Below, piece after piece: positions 39,556 to 53,162 of a DNA stretch of 64,000 nt (positions are counted from its first letter, which is position 1; every line of letters begins with the position of its first letter). Position numbers and translations under genes: made by a program. This DNA is from Podarcis gaigeae. Its lineage: Eukaryota. The notes below the pieces were generated by a model. It saw only the letters and a program-made list of their open reading frames with translations. It was not told where the DNA came from and did no database searches. The DNA is taken from assembly GCA_964106915.2 (NCBI GenBank), contig OZ066914.1. One strand, given 5' to 3'.

Positions 39556-42500
39556 TAGAGGCTCCTCACAATTGGGATACCACACGGTCAGGTGCCCTGG
39601 TCCTCCAAAGCCCCTACTCAAAGGTAGGTGTTCACATGCTGAACACTCTTCTCTAAAAATGAGAAGGAAGCAATGTCCCAAGCAGGGCTAAAAGCACAGC
39701 CTGACTTTATACACGTATACACTACACATGAGTAATACATTGACAGAGTTAGTGCGTGCGTGCGTGCGTGCGTGTCTTTCATAATATGTATGTTTTACAG
39801 ACCAGGGAAAAGAAGAGCCATGCAATAATCACTTTCTTCTGGAAAGTGGAAATATTGAAAGCTGTTTATTAAATTTCGGATTCCGCTCATTGTTAGAAGG
39901 GCCATCTTCATTTTATTTTGTCATTGCATATTGCGGCAATACTTTTTTAAAAAGACACAACCCATATGCATGTGATTAACTAACAGCCTCATCATTTTTA
40001 GTCACCCGCCTGCCAATTTTAATCAACCGCCAAAGCTTTGTTGGCCCTTTAAAACTTGAAGCTGAAGTAATAAAGTGAATGCTTTGCATATCACTAAGTA
40101 GCAATGACTGAAGTCTGAGATAAAAGCCACAAGTAACCGCATCCCTTAAAGAGGAAATAAGTCCATCTGGATAGGTCCCTTTAATCATCATCTTGCTAAA
40201 AAGAGGAAGAGGAGAAAGGAGTAGTTTCTTTCTCTCAGATCTTGAAGGCAAAGAGATAGCCTAAATCAACAATGATGTATTTATTTATCAGTAAATGGCA
40301 TTAAAACTAAGAATTTGACACAACCCACCTTAGCACCGAAATACAAGTTGGTAGTTCACTAGGGAAAAGATCCAGAAGTAGTCCACACCCAAAACTCTTT
40401 TCCTTCATTGTCAGGAATATCATGGCTTGAAGGTTCAAGAGTAATTTGATCAAGTTATGCATTATTCTCCCTCCCACTTCATCAGATTTTTAATTAACTA
40501 TATTCGAGATTAAGTTCATTATCTCCCAGTGCATTGTTAATGGCAATTTCTGCTAATAAGGTACACAGCATATTCTGATCACCTACCAGTAAATTTAAAA
40601 AATGGGGGGGGGGGGATGAAAATTAGAATCTTTTCACTTATACGCTTTACATACTGTTACTATTATCAGGCATGCTTGTAGTGCTTTTGAGCGGTTTTTT
40701 TGTTTAAGTAAAGTTCTGCTCTAATTTTACAAGCCTGAAATATTCAGTGTACAATCTTTCAACCCAAGCAATATTTTACATTTAATTTCCCAGATTTCAT
40801 CTGGATTCTTTTTTAAAAAATGGTGTTATATTTGGCCACTCCAATGCTCAGACGAAGAGGCCAATCTTAGGGACAAATTATGTATTTTTATAGAATCAAA
40901 ATGTGACATTTCTGAACTCTTGGGTGGGTACTAATTGAACCTGGAAAGGTATCTGCATTGAGTACGTCTACAACTTCTCCTCTTGTCACCATTATTGTCG
41001 TAACTTCCCTGACTCCCTTCCTGAAAATATCACTACATTCATAGGTATCCACCATGCATCTTTCACACCATGCATCTTTCACAGACAGACACAAAGAATT
41101 CAGCTCCTTTTATAGCAGCAACCTCCTGATATAGCACCAATCTATAATGTGTACTGAAAATATAAACATTAACGTTAGCCAGCCAACCTTATCAAGATCT
41201 TATCAGCTGTAGTATTGCTAAACAAATGCCAGAAACAAGTTTGGCATAAGCACAGGGATGACAGGCCCAAACCTGCCAGCCATTCCAGCTATTTGTTTCA
41301 CCTACAAGCAAAGCTTGTTTCTCTAGGTTCCCCAACATCCACCCAGAGGCAGAGAAGATCAACTGGGATGAGAAATCCTCAACATACAGGAAGGTTCAAC
41401 AGGAGCCAATTACATTCACATTGCTTCTAAATAACATGAAAGGAGTAAACCCTGTCCATGGAATCCCATCTAGTTCCCTTCCCAAAATTTCTGCAAATAC
41501 CAGTGAGGACAAAGCCAAGGAAGTAAGGAGCAGCAATTAGAAATATGGATGAGGGACAATAGATTTTCAGTTTATGGCAGGGGGTCTGTTTAGTTTCCCA
41601 AGAATCAGCAGGCCTTCTAAGCTGCTTATCTCATTGAGCCCCATTTGCTTACCACTTGGCCAAAATGGAACAAACTCAGTCTACACCACTGCACATAGAT
41701 GAAGGCACATGACTGAAGGCTAAGCAATGACCATAGGTGTAAACACTGTGGTGGGAGTGTGGGAGGGAGGTATAATTTGTGGTTAAAAGTTGGATTCATT
41801 TAGGAAGCAAGTGACAACAAACCTTAAATTCCTCTTCAGACTTTCTCAGAATTCTCTGTCACTTAATGAGCACATGGCATGCATGATAGCAAAACTAGGT
41901 CAGAGAACAAACTCAGAAATCCAAGTCAGTGTCAACAGTATGCAGGGGCACTATCTAGTTTTGTTACCCTTTCCAGATTCCAAGACAGCTTCTAATATCT
42001 AATATCTCACAGTGATATTTAATTTTCAGAAAGTAACAAGCTTGGCTCTAGTGATGCTCTTACCAAATGTGAATAACAAAGGCTCATTGCAATAAAACTT
42101 CTAACACATTTGCAAAGCTAAGCAGGGTCTGGTATGGTTCCAAATGGGATGGGGAACCTCATGATACCTGTATTGCAAGGAGTTGGACTAGATGCCCCTT
42201 GTAGTCTGTTCCAACTCTACAATTCTATGATTCTATCATGTAAGAAGCTATATTTCACTGAACATGGAGCATGCTGATGGATGCTGTTGAAATCTATCAT
42301 TCCCCCACTCTCCCTTTCGCCAACCAGGAAAGAAACAAACCACAGTACTAACTAAGCATTTTCTGCAAACCAGCACCTGTGGCTTGTTTCCCTCCAAACA
42401 ACTCACAAAAGGAAGCCAAGGTTTGTAATGTAACATTAAGCCAGGACTGTAATCTGCTTTCTCCCTGGCTGGCAAAGGGCAGTGGGGATTGGGCACGATT

Positions 42501-45500
42501 TGAGCAGTGTGCACTATCACACTGCTCACTTGGCAGTAAAGTATAATTTGTTTGTGGTTATAGCTTACTATACATGTGCAAGCATGTATTTAACAAAGCT
42601 GTACTGTATCAAAATCAGGGGGCAACTTTGGACATACGTTTATCATACTGAATCCCATCGATGCGTGGGTAGCACACAAGCAGGAATCCAAACCACCAAA
42701 GCAATAGTATCCTATCAAAGGCCCACCCTAGCTAGGCAGAGTGGGGATTTTAATTTGGACCTCCCACTTTCAAACCACCATAGTCATCAAGTCACAGCAT
42801 CAATAGCTCTAAGAAAAGTCTCAGCCCAGCCTACTATCACATTGCCGTTGAAGGAACAACTGTGGATTTTGTATTTTGTTTTTGTAAAGTGAGTAATATT
42901 TTCCCACACATATGATAGATAACCTACCTTGAGGCCTTTTGATAGAGCAGGGAGAGCATTTAAAAAGCAATGCTACTTTTGAATGAAGTGCTTGATGCGG
43001 TCATGCCAATGTGTGCACATGCATTAAAACGTCTTTCAGTACAGCATATTACTTTCACAAAGACTGGTGTATGGAGGCACTCTGTCTTAAGCATCAATAA
43101 GTTTTGACTTTGGAAGGCTCCATGGATACCCGTGTTCTTGTCTGTGCTCTATTTTTCTAGGTTGTTCTCATATATTATGCACACTTAGTCTTTGTTTCTT
43201 ACTGCTGTAAATATTTTACACCACTTCATTTCCATTTGTATAGGTTTTTTCCTTCAAACTTACAAACTCTTATGCTGCTCTGTTGTTTGAACAAATATGT
43301 CCTGTAAGATTGAGTTTATACGTAAGAAATAACATAACAAAAACTGGCAACAAAGTCCGGGCACTTCATGCATGCTAAGAGGTGCTGAAAGAATCATGAG
43401 CTTCTCCATGATATGTTTCTACTGTAGCATGCAAGATTGGGGCAGGGTCATGAATTCCCCACCCCATCCCAGGATGCACCCGCCTTCTAGATATGAGAAC
43501 AGCCAGTGACTCTTCTTCTTCCCTTCCTAATACATTATGTGCGAGGGAGGAAGTACAACTCACTCCCACTTCCTGTTTCTTGTAATGTCTAAAGCATCTC
43601 AGCAAGCATTCAAACACCTACGACAAATCACAAGTTGTCTGTTTCAACATCCACCTCCATATTCCACCTTTAAAGCACGTGAGGCTCTTGCACCTGCAGG
43701 TACTGTGAACATTCCTGCTTAATACGATGATAATGATCAGAAGTTAAGAGCAAATGACAAATTTGCTACAGACAAGCCAAGTTATTTTGCAACAATTATT
43801 CAATGTGCTAGCACCAATTCTGGATCTCAGATTTCTAAAAGGAAAAAAAAGAAGAGTCTAAAAAGAAAACCCTACAAATATTAATTTTAAATAGGGAGTT
43901 ATTTTACATTTTTACATTTCTATTCCACCATTCATTCCAAGGCAGTGTATATGGGGCTCCCTGGCAGTCACTCATTCAGACACTGGTCAGATCCAGACCT
44001 GCTTAGCTTCAGCTTATGTGCCTTCAGACCATGCAAATAGTTTCCTCTTTAAACATATTACAATATTGTACTAGGGGAAGGCACACCTCTTAGCTTCTGA
44101 AGGCTACTCAAGAGAAAAAGTTAATACCTATTTATGTGCCTAAGTTATAGACTGAACAACTGCATGTCTTGCTCTACATATTGTGGCCTGGCAAGAATGT
44201 TGGAACCATCAGCTGATTTGTGGAGTGACACAGCAGCTATTATGGCTAGAGGGAAAGAATAATCCTCCCACGAGATCTTGGGCCCTCTGCACAGCCCAGT
44301 GAGATCTTGGGGAAGGGTAGACTGGTGGCCCATCATCTAAAGGGACTGACTGCCATTCTGCCCAGCCTTCTTCCTCCCCACCACAAGTAGGGCAAACTTT
44401 CCCAGTCCTCCCTCCTTCAGTTTACAGGCTCCCTCTAAGACTTCCAGTGGTCACTGGTTTACAAGGTCAGAAAGGAATTTTACTATCAACTGCAACTGGC
44501 TCTAGGTTGGGAGAATTTTGCCTTTTTCCCAGTGAAGAGCACATGTTTGTTAGGCATCTTGTCTTCATTGTCAGAATTTGGGCAGAAGCGGCATTGGGTA
44601 GAGTATATGTAAAAAAGGGGACCCCTTAAAGGGCCTGGAGGGTGAACAACCCCAGGAGGCCTTAGCATCCAACTGGTCAGTAGCTATCTAAAGGTATTAG
44701 CAGTACTGTTTTGTGCCATGCTGGGTCCTTAATGCTGGATAACTCCCCATAAGATACCCCAGCAGTCCTGTGGGGATCAAGATCAGACTTCAGATCAGAT
44801 GTTCCTTGGTCAACAGATTCTGTCCTAATGCCAGGCCAGGTCCACCTATTTCTGTTAGTCAATAAAGCTGTGGCCAATTTTCACCCACATACGTATCCTG
44901 GTCTATTATTTGGCTTGTACCCTCACCTGGCCTTAAAGGGGGCTGCCAGTACAAATGCCCCAGAAGTGGTTTTGCACAACAGGATGCTGCAGAGCACTGT
45001 TCCATTTGCCAGGTACCTGCTACAAGTACTAATACCAAGATCATGAAAACAAATTGTCTCTGCTTTTCTACAATTAACCACAGTTTACAATGAGTTCACT
45101 GTTTTCTGCTGCAGCAAAAGATGCCAAGTATTAGCAATAAAGCTTTGAATAAGAGTGTGGTGAGAGAAATCAGACCATAAGCCACAGTCACATGATGCCC
45201 TACTACAATCGCTTCATTTGTTGCCCAGTACAGAATTAATGTCAAGCCTTGAGCATATACAATATAAAAGGTACAAGTCAGCAACAGATGAAATAAAATT
45301 TAGTTTCAAATGCATGGGACAATTCAGATTACTTTTATAACCCTAGATGGGTTGCTATGGTCCTGGGGAAACATTATTGCCCTATTCATAGCTGTTGTAT
45401 AGGGCAATAACGTTTTCTCAGCACAGTTCAGTCATTTACTCAGTTTACTAAAGCGTACTGCTCACTTCCAGCTTACAAAACTGGTCCTACTTTTTGGAGG

Positions 45501-47202
45501 GGGGTGTGTGTGTGCGCGCGCTCAGAGGTTAGTCACAGACCACGTTCACATCAATCTTCATATCAAATCCTTAACCTGCTTAGACATGTCATTCAGTGGA
45601 ATTGTAAAAAGCAAGCAAACAAACAAACAAAACCTAAAGAAAATGTCAAAGCTGGTAACACCAGTAAGTTCGTTTACACACCCAAATGAGACAGCAGAGC
45701 CACTAATAGGCTATTCTGGCAAAGTGGAAACCAAGCCAAGCCAAGCCAAAAAAACAAAAAAAAATCAAACCAGCTTCATGCACACACAAAAAAGAATCAT
45801 CATGATCTATCAGAGTTAAAACAGCATCAGTGTGAATCTGCAGAAAGGGAAGCTACCATGGCTGAAGGCATTTCTTTCTCTTAAGAGAACTTTAGAAACC
45901 ACAAAAAGTTACAAAAGCAGGAGAAAGTGTGTCATGTAGAGAATATCTACTTCTGTTTTACTGCAGGAGAACAGAGGATAACTGCAAGATGCCTCCACAG
46001 TAACTGAGCACGATCCTTTTGAGTAGATGTGATGAATAAATCTTATCAGAAGTATGAGAGGCACTGGCTAATTCCTATGGAATTCCCAGTGCTGTTCACC
46101 TTTGTCCATGTGTACACTCACTGCTGCATGCTGGATGTTAGTCATCTGCAGGTTAAAAGGTTGGATCTGAGCATGCCTGCAAGGCAAGGCAGGTATCCAA
46201 ACCAGGTCATCATCTAATTAGGACTTTGGTTAAGCCTCTCTCTTTTTTTTCAAGAGTTGTTTTGACAAGCCAAAGAAGTTCAGTGTGTCAACATTTTCAG
46301 CCCTTGGAAATAGAGCAGATTGGTGCAATCACATGTTCTGTTGGGCAAAATCTGATGATCTGCTGTACACACGGAGCAAGCATAAGAGGGCAAAATGCCA
46401 AGCAAGCATAACTGACAGATCATGTTTACATTTCCCAAATGTAAGACTTCGATTCTTAGTGTTAATCATTCATTGCCTTGCAATAGGATAGCAGTTTCAC
46501 TCTCACAGGACAGTCTCTCCAACTCCAGTTATTCCTCATCCCAAATTTTCTGAATTGTGCCCATGAGCATTGCTGCTCATCATCACACAGGGCTGATATT
46601 CTCACTCTCGGAAGCTAATCCACCGCTTTGAGTGTCTTAATAGGATCATGACAGACTGTGTCAGCTGGAAAGAGCATATATGAAAACCACGGAAGGGAAG
46701 TCGTATTTTTATGCATGGGAAGACTAATTAGGAGGTAATTTACAAAACAAGCAGTTTGTATACTAAAGCACTACAAAACGCCTCTGCTGCAATTTAGTAA
46801 AAAATGTGGCGCACAGGCCAAGTCATAAAACAAACTCAACTGTCAGGAGTTCGCAGCAATCTGTATGCTGAAGCACTGAACTGCAGGTGGCAGCCTTCTT
46901 AGTGAAGAACCTTCTAGACTGGCACTACCCACTTAGGCTGACTGCTGGATCTTACTGTGCAGGAAGAGTAGAAAGTCCTTTACTGTATCAAGCAAAAAAT
47001 AAAATAAAGCCTTCCTGAGCTCTTGTCTATTCCTGTGTACTTGTGCATTCCTTGAACCTGCCTCTAGTTTTTCCCTTTCAGTCCTGATTTGCTCATTTAT
47101 TCCCAATGACCAGCCCATCTTGCAGCTCCTGGCTCCCGATTGCTCCTGGCTCCTGATTCTCCAACTTCCTTGTATTTAGTCCAACATCATCTTAACAACA
47201 TA

Positions 47203-47397
47203 GGGAAGGGCCATAGCTCAGTAGTAAAGCATCTGCCAAACTTGCAGATGGTCCCAGGTTCAATCCACAACATCTCCAGGTAGGGCTGGGGGAGAACTCT
47301 GTCTGAAAATCCTGGACAGCAGCTGCCAGCCAGTGTTGACAAGACTGAGCCAGATAGACCAATCCAAGTTGGTATAAGGCAATTTTCTATGTTCTTA
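47203..47397 (+). mobile_element. tRNA-derived SINE (Squam3-like)
   Basis: A box tagctcagtagt, B box ggttcaatcc, 3' ggtataaggcaattttctatgttc. Confidence 0.75.
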
Positions 47398-47469
47398 CAT
47401 TTCGTATCACTCAAAAAATAAATCACACACATCCCAGAAGTTAGAAAAGCTTTTAAGATGAATTGAATA

Positions 47470-47696
47470 CAGTGGTACCTCGGGTTACATACACTTCAGG
47501 TTACAGACTCCGCTAACCCAGAAATAGTACCTCGGGTTAAGAAATTTGCTTCAGGATGAGAACAGAAATCGTGCTCTGGCAGCGTGGCGGCAGTGGGAGG
47601 CCCCCACTAGCTAAAGTGGTACCTCAGGTTAAGAACAGTTTCAGGTTAAGAACGGACCTCCAGAACAAATTAAGTACTTAACTCGAGGTACCACTG
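47470..47696. mobile_element. Tc1/mariner (pogo/Tigger-like) MITE, same family
   Basis: TA|CAGTGGTACCTCGGGTTAC...GAGGTACCACTG|TA. Confidence 0.9.
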
Positions 47697-49045
47697 TAGT
47701 CTGAAAGGGGGATGTACTGTACTAAGTGAAGTAATATAGTATTAAGCCAATCAGAAATTGGTGAAAAGCCAACAACCTGTTAAGCCTCCACCACCTTGTT
47801 GTATATAAATTTTATTAAATAAATAAATAAGGTAAATGAATATTTTCTTGTGCTGAAGAGATAACAGGTATTAGTAGATTGACATTATGTTACTGAAGTA
47901 CTGCTTTCTTTAAAAAAAATTACAGTAGGAGCAAGGTTTATGAGCTTCTGCAATTATATGCCTAAATAAAAGGAGGCTCCCTCTTCTGGAAATTATTTGA
48001 ACAAATCAGCTCCATTAAGTATGCTGAAATATTCTGACTAAAAGGTTATATCGCTATATAATTCCGTAAGGTTTCCCTGAAATTTGATCAAGACACCAAA
48101 GGCATGAAATAATCTCCCTGATTAAAAAGGAGAAAAATAAATATACATAACTTTTGTATAGAAAAAGACATTTCAATACTATCAGCTAATATGCATAGTT
48201 ACTTAAATAATGGCACTCTATATCTTGCATTTATTATCAGTCTTAACAGGTGAGGAAGAGTATTAGTTTGCCTTCCACCCTCCCAACCTCTTAGCATGTA
48301 CACCCAACGTCAAACTTGTACTATGTGACTGTACAAATACATCTGCAACAATTAACGGTATCTCTAAACATCCAGGCTATTAGCTATATTATGACTACAC
48401 CAGAATTAATATCTATGTTAAAATTTGGTGGCTTGGACATAGCTGTGGATTTCACCTTATCCTTCATTGCATTTGATAATAAAGTTTGTGATCAGATAAA
48501 GGAATACAGATTGTGCCACAGGAGGAGAGGGGACTTTACGGACTGTCAGTCATCTGAGCACTGGTGGCTGATACTACAGAGGTCACTTCCTGAAATCTGT
48601 GACCTTGACTGCACCAGTACCCACTTCAATTATTTTATCCAGCTCTTCTACTTCAGAAAGCAGTGACCTAGATCTGGCCTGTACGAACAATGCTGTTCAA
48701 GACAAGGGCTAATAAGGAAGTGCAATTAACAGGAGTTTACACAAGGAAAATGCTACCAGAATGCATGCTCTCCCCATCCACTTCGATAAGCTCCCCTTCT
48801 ATCTTCACCAGGATTTAACTCATGATAAAAATAAAACCATTACCCACACTGACTAAAAATGAGCTTGGAGACACACACTGAACCCAGTTTAAAAAAAAAC
48901 ATTTTTATTCTGCTCTTCAGGCACACAAAGTAGCTTACAGATGAATAAAGAATATCTTCCCTGCCCTCAGAACACAAAAGGTAAGTGGGGTGGAGGGGGA
49001 GCAAACTCACACAACATCCTTTAAAGGACCTGAAAGTATGTAAAC

Positions 49046-49278
49046 CATGGGTAGGCAAACTAACGCCCAGGGGCCAGATCCGGCCCAATCACCTTCTCAA
49101 TCCGGCCTGCAGACAGTCCAGGAATCAGTGCGCTTTTACATGAGTAGAATGTGTCCTTTTATTTGATATGCATCTTTGGGTTATTTGTGGGGCATAGGAA
49201 TTTGTTCATCCCCCCCAAAAAAAAATATAATCCGGCCCCCCACAAGGTCTGAGGGACAGTGGACCCCCTGGTGTATAC
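49046..49278 (+). mobile_element. OposCharlie1 (OC1)-like non-autonomous hAT fragment
   Basis: ggcaaactaacgcccaggggccagatccggccc ... ttatttgtggggcataggaat ... tccggcccc...ggtctgagggacagt matches the recalled OC1-type consensus; homologous to the 29913 copy. Confidence 0.7.
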
Positions 49279-49684
49279 AGTTCAGGGATAAGGAGGTGCC
49301 AGAAGGAGATGGCGTCTCAGCAGAACTGATGGCGTGGACCCTGCTTCCCATCTTTCTACTGCTGCAGCCAGATGGAATAGCTGCTGCTTGGAGACAGCTG
49401 AGGAAGAGCAAGGCAGCTAGTCACTTAGGAACGCCTATGCTTCCCATCTCTGCTACTGTCTGATGGACAGACAAAAAGGGAGGCAGGGAAACACACTCCC
49501 TGGTGATATCTATGCTTTTTCAGCTAACATTATGCTCCAGAATTAGCATTCTGTACTCATTAGAAACTGATTATCTACTTCTGGCTGTCCAGAAATAGGT
49601 TGTATTTAATGTTTTTGAATTTCATATATGCTATGCAGTGCATAGAAATCTGAAGTCTGTCTATGGTCAGTCTTCTACAGATTA

Positions 49685-49924
49685 CAGTGGTACCTTGGTT
49701 TGCATATGTCTTGGTTTGCATATGTTTTGGATTACAAACACGTTAAACCCGGAAGTGTGTGTCCTGGTTTGCAACCTTTTTTTGGATTACAACCCAATTT
49801 TTTTGGAATACGGACAATTTTTTTTTGAGGCCCCATTGGCAAAAGCATGCCTTGGGTTACAACCTGTTTTGGTTTACAAATGGACCGCCGAAACAGATTA
49901 TGGTTGTAAACCAAGGTACCACTG
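49685..49924. mobile_element. Tc1/mariner MITE, related subfamily
   Basis: TIR CAGTGGTACCTTGGTTT / AAACCAAGGTACCACTG with TA TSD; different interior. Confidence 0.88.
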
Positions 49925-50906
49925 TACATGAACAACTCTGGATAGCAGGCTTGTCTTGGGAAAACAAGAATAAAGTTGTTTTCCAAGCAAAGAATAAGAC
50001 ATTTGTTTGGTGATTCCCATCATGGCCCTATAAATTGATTTTCCTTTTTTTAAGCAGGAACCTGAATACAGTGCTACATGAAACACACAAAATAGCAGAC
50101 AGCAACCTATTGACTGCTTTACAGCATCTTCGGTTTTATTTTAAATGTGCATATAAATTACTCTATTACAAAGAGGTGCTAGAAAAATATGCTGTCAAAC
50201 TGAGGGCAGGACCCATGTGAGTTATGCTGGCTCATATCGAGATACACCTTGATCCTAGCTTTGAAATGATAATGCACTCTGAGTAAACAGATGAAATAGC
50301 TAAGCAATTCCTGTTGTTCAAGTTAAGGAGGTGGTTTCACATTAACAATACAAATTCAGACACCAAAGACATTGGAGATCAAGCTGAAATTATTAACATG
50401 GTAAGAGCACATGGACTGGAATTAAGCCTTCACCACATCACATGCCAACATTTAAGAATTAAGGTTGGGGGTGGGGGATAGGCAGTATGGTAGGATTATT
50501 TCATAGTTCTTATATTTATACTTTTCCAAATGTCAAGAAACTACAGTATGAAGAAGAATGGTGAGATTACCTGTATTTTTGGAAGTTTTCCAATCTCTTT
50601 TTGGGGAATACACCCTGTCCTCCTTTAAGTGTAATCCAAAACTCTGCTGTCCTTTCACAACCTGAATAGGATACACTGGTCTTGCTGTTAGGGATCACTC
50701 CCTTTTACTAGAAATACACATGTGGCCTCTAATGTGGTCAGTCTTAACCCAAGTTTCAGGAACCAGCAGACCCATCTGACCAACAAAGCAATTGCATCCA
50801 GACGCAGGAATTAACAGGCAGGTTATTTTCACCAGTTTCTTTAATATGGAAAATAAACAGTTTAAGAGTGGAAAGAGAGATTTGGGTATTCTAACCTTAT
50901 ATTCTT

Positions 50907-51021
50907 ACCAGCATGAGTTTGACCAAACTGCGGGAGGCAGTGGAGGACAGAGGTGCCTGGCGTTCTCTGGTCCATGGGGTCACGAAGAGTCGGACACGAC
51001 TAAACGACTAAACAACAACAA
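50907..51021 (+). mobile_element. RTE-BovB LINE 3' fragment
   Basis: ggtccatggggtcacgaagagtcggacacgact with (CAA)n tail; flanking AACCTTATAT duplication. Confidence 0.88.
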
Positions 51022-51596
51022 AACCTTATATCCAAGTTCTGCATGTAATTCCCAGTTGATAGCTGCTTAGAGACTTTATAACAGAGTTAGCCTGTGGAAC
51101 ATGTCACTGCTTGGAGAGTAGAATGGACAGAGAAGCTGCCCATTCCTGCTTCAGCATGTTGTGGTCAGACACGAACACACTAAGGACATCTGCTTTGTTC
51201 TTTGAACGTACCAAGACTACTAACCCTAACGTTCCAATAGCTCAGGCAGGTTTTTCTATTGGCTACCCTTGCCAGAACATCCTCAAAGCCCATTCTAGCA
51301 GTCAACGGGATCGTCTCATTCTACAAGACAGAGATGTTTTGGCACTGGCCTGGAACCACCATTTCTCAGCACACTTTCTTATTCAGGCCCACTCTCCTTT
51401 ACACTAGGAAGGGACTTTATCAGATCCATCCAATTGCTGTTAAGGCTACTGCAGTTACTAATCAAGCAAATACACTCCCTTCCCTATTATTGCATGTAAT
51501 AGACCCTAGTTCAGTGTTTCCCAACCGGTGTTCCCTGGCACACTAGTGTGCCGCGAGAAGTTGCCGGGTGTGCCGTGGGAGGGAGGCGGGCGAGTC

Positions 51597-52579
51597 GGGC
51601 TGCTTTAGCCCCGTGCGTGCTCTCCCAGCTGGAGAGGTGACGCGCGCCTATGGAGGCTCCTGCCATAGGCGCGCGTCACCTCTCGAGCTGGGAGAGCACG
51701 CACGGGGCTAAAGCAGCCCCCCGCGACCCTCTCCCCGCTGGAGAGGTGACGCGCGCCTATGGCAGGAGCCTCCATAGGCGCGCGTCACCTCTCGAGCTGG
51801 GAGAGCACGCACGGGGCTAAAGCAGCCCCCCGCGACCCTCTCCCCGCTGGAGAGGTGACGCGCGCCTATGACAGGAGCCTCCATAGGCGCGCGTCACCTC
51901 TCCAGCTGGGAGAGCACGCACGGGGCTAAAGCAGCCCCCCGCGACCCTCTCCTCGCTGGAGAGGTGACGCGCGCCTATGGCAGGAGCCTCCATAGGCGCG
52001 CGTCACCTCTCCAGCTGGGAGAGCACGCACGGGGCTAAAGCAGCCCCCCGCGACCCTCTCCCCGCTGGAGAGGTGACGCGCGCCTATGGCAGGAGCCTCC
52101 ATAGGCGCGCGTCACCTCTCCAGCTGGGAGAGCACGCACGGGGCTAAAGCAGCCCCCCGCGACCCTCTCCCCGCTGGAGAGGTGACGCGCGCCTATGGCA
52201 GGAGCCTCCATAGGCGCGCGTCACCTCTCCAGCTGGGAGAGCACGCACGGGGCTAAAGCAGCCCCCCGCGACCCTCTCCCCGCTGGAGAGGTGACGCGCG
52301 CCTATGGCAGGAGCCTCCATAGGCGCGCGTCACCTCTCCAGCTGGGAGAGCACGCACGGGGCTAAAGCAGCCCCCCGCGACCCTCTCCCCGCTGGAGAGG
52401 TGACGCGCGCCTATGGCAGGAGCCTCCATAGGCGCGCGTCACCTCTCCAGCTGGGAGAGCACGAACGGGGCTAAAGCAGCCCCCCGCGACCCTCTCCCCG
52501 CTGGAGAGGTGACGCGCGCCTATGGCAGGAGCCTCCATAGGCGCGCGTCACCTCTCCAGCTGGGAGAGCACGCACGGGG
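51597..52579. repeat. Tandem array of nine 109-bp GC-rich palindromic units inside the hAT element
   Basis: Hairpin start gctggagaggtgacgcgcgcc recurs at 51628, 51737, 51846, 51955, 52064, 52173, 52282, 52391, 52500 (period 109); only about 5 variant positions. Confidence 0.97.
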
Positions 52580-53162
52580 ACCGTCTCCCGGCTGGAGACG
52601 CGGGGCTGGGGCGGGGGAAGCCCGAGCTTCCCCCTCCCCCAGAACGGGACCCAGAGCTCTGGGAGCTTGCGGGGCTGGGGGAGGAGGAAGCCCTCCGCCA
52701 GCCTCCAAACCATGTCGGGAGACAGCGGGTGGGCGCGCTACGCCTCTCCCGCTGTCTCCCGAGTTTGCGGGGCTGGCGACGGGGAGGAGCAGGCTTCTCC
52801 CCCCGCCAGCCTTCTAACCAAGTCGGGGGACAGCGGGATGGCGGCGTTCCTTCGGAGGACGCCCCGTGCTCCGCGCTGGTGTTGGCCAGCCTTGCGCACC
52901 GGGCGGCGCAGAGCACGGGGCGCCCTTCGGAGGACGCCCCGTGCTCCGTGCTCGTGTTGGCAAGCCTTGCGCACCCGGAGGGGGGCGCGTGGGGCGCCCT
53001 GAAACAGAGGGTTCCCCATGCTGCGGACTGTAGCCTGCCGCCCGATGTGCGGGGCGCCCTGAAGCAGAGCGCCCCTCGCGCCAGGCAGACATGGGCCAGC
53101 CCCACAAGCTCGGGGGACAGCAGGGAGGCGCAGCACCGCCATCCTACTGTTCCCCGACCTGG

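Noticed and set aside
47203-47280. tRNA gene
   Set aside because: The A/B boxes belong to a SINE head that continues into SINE body sequence; no intact cloverleaf.
51597-52579. CRISPR-like array (regularly spaced palindromic repeats)
   Set aside because: The inter-hairpin segments are identical rather than unique spacers, there are no cas genes, and the context is a vertebrate intron inside a hAT element.
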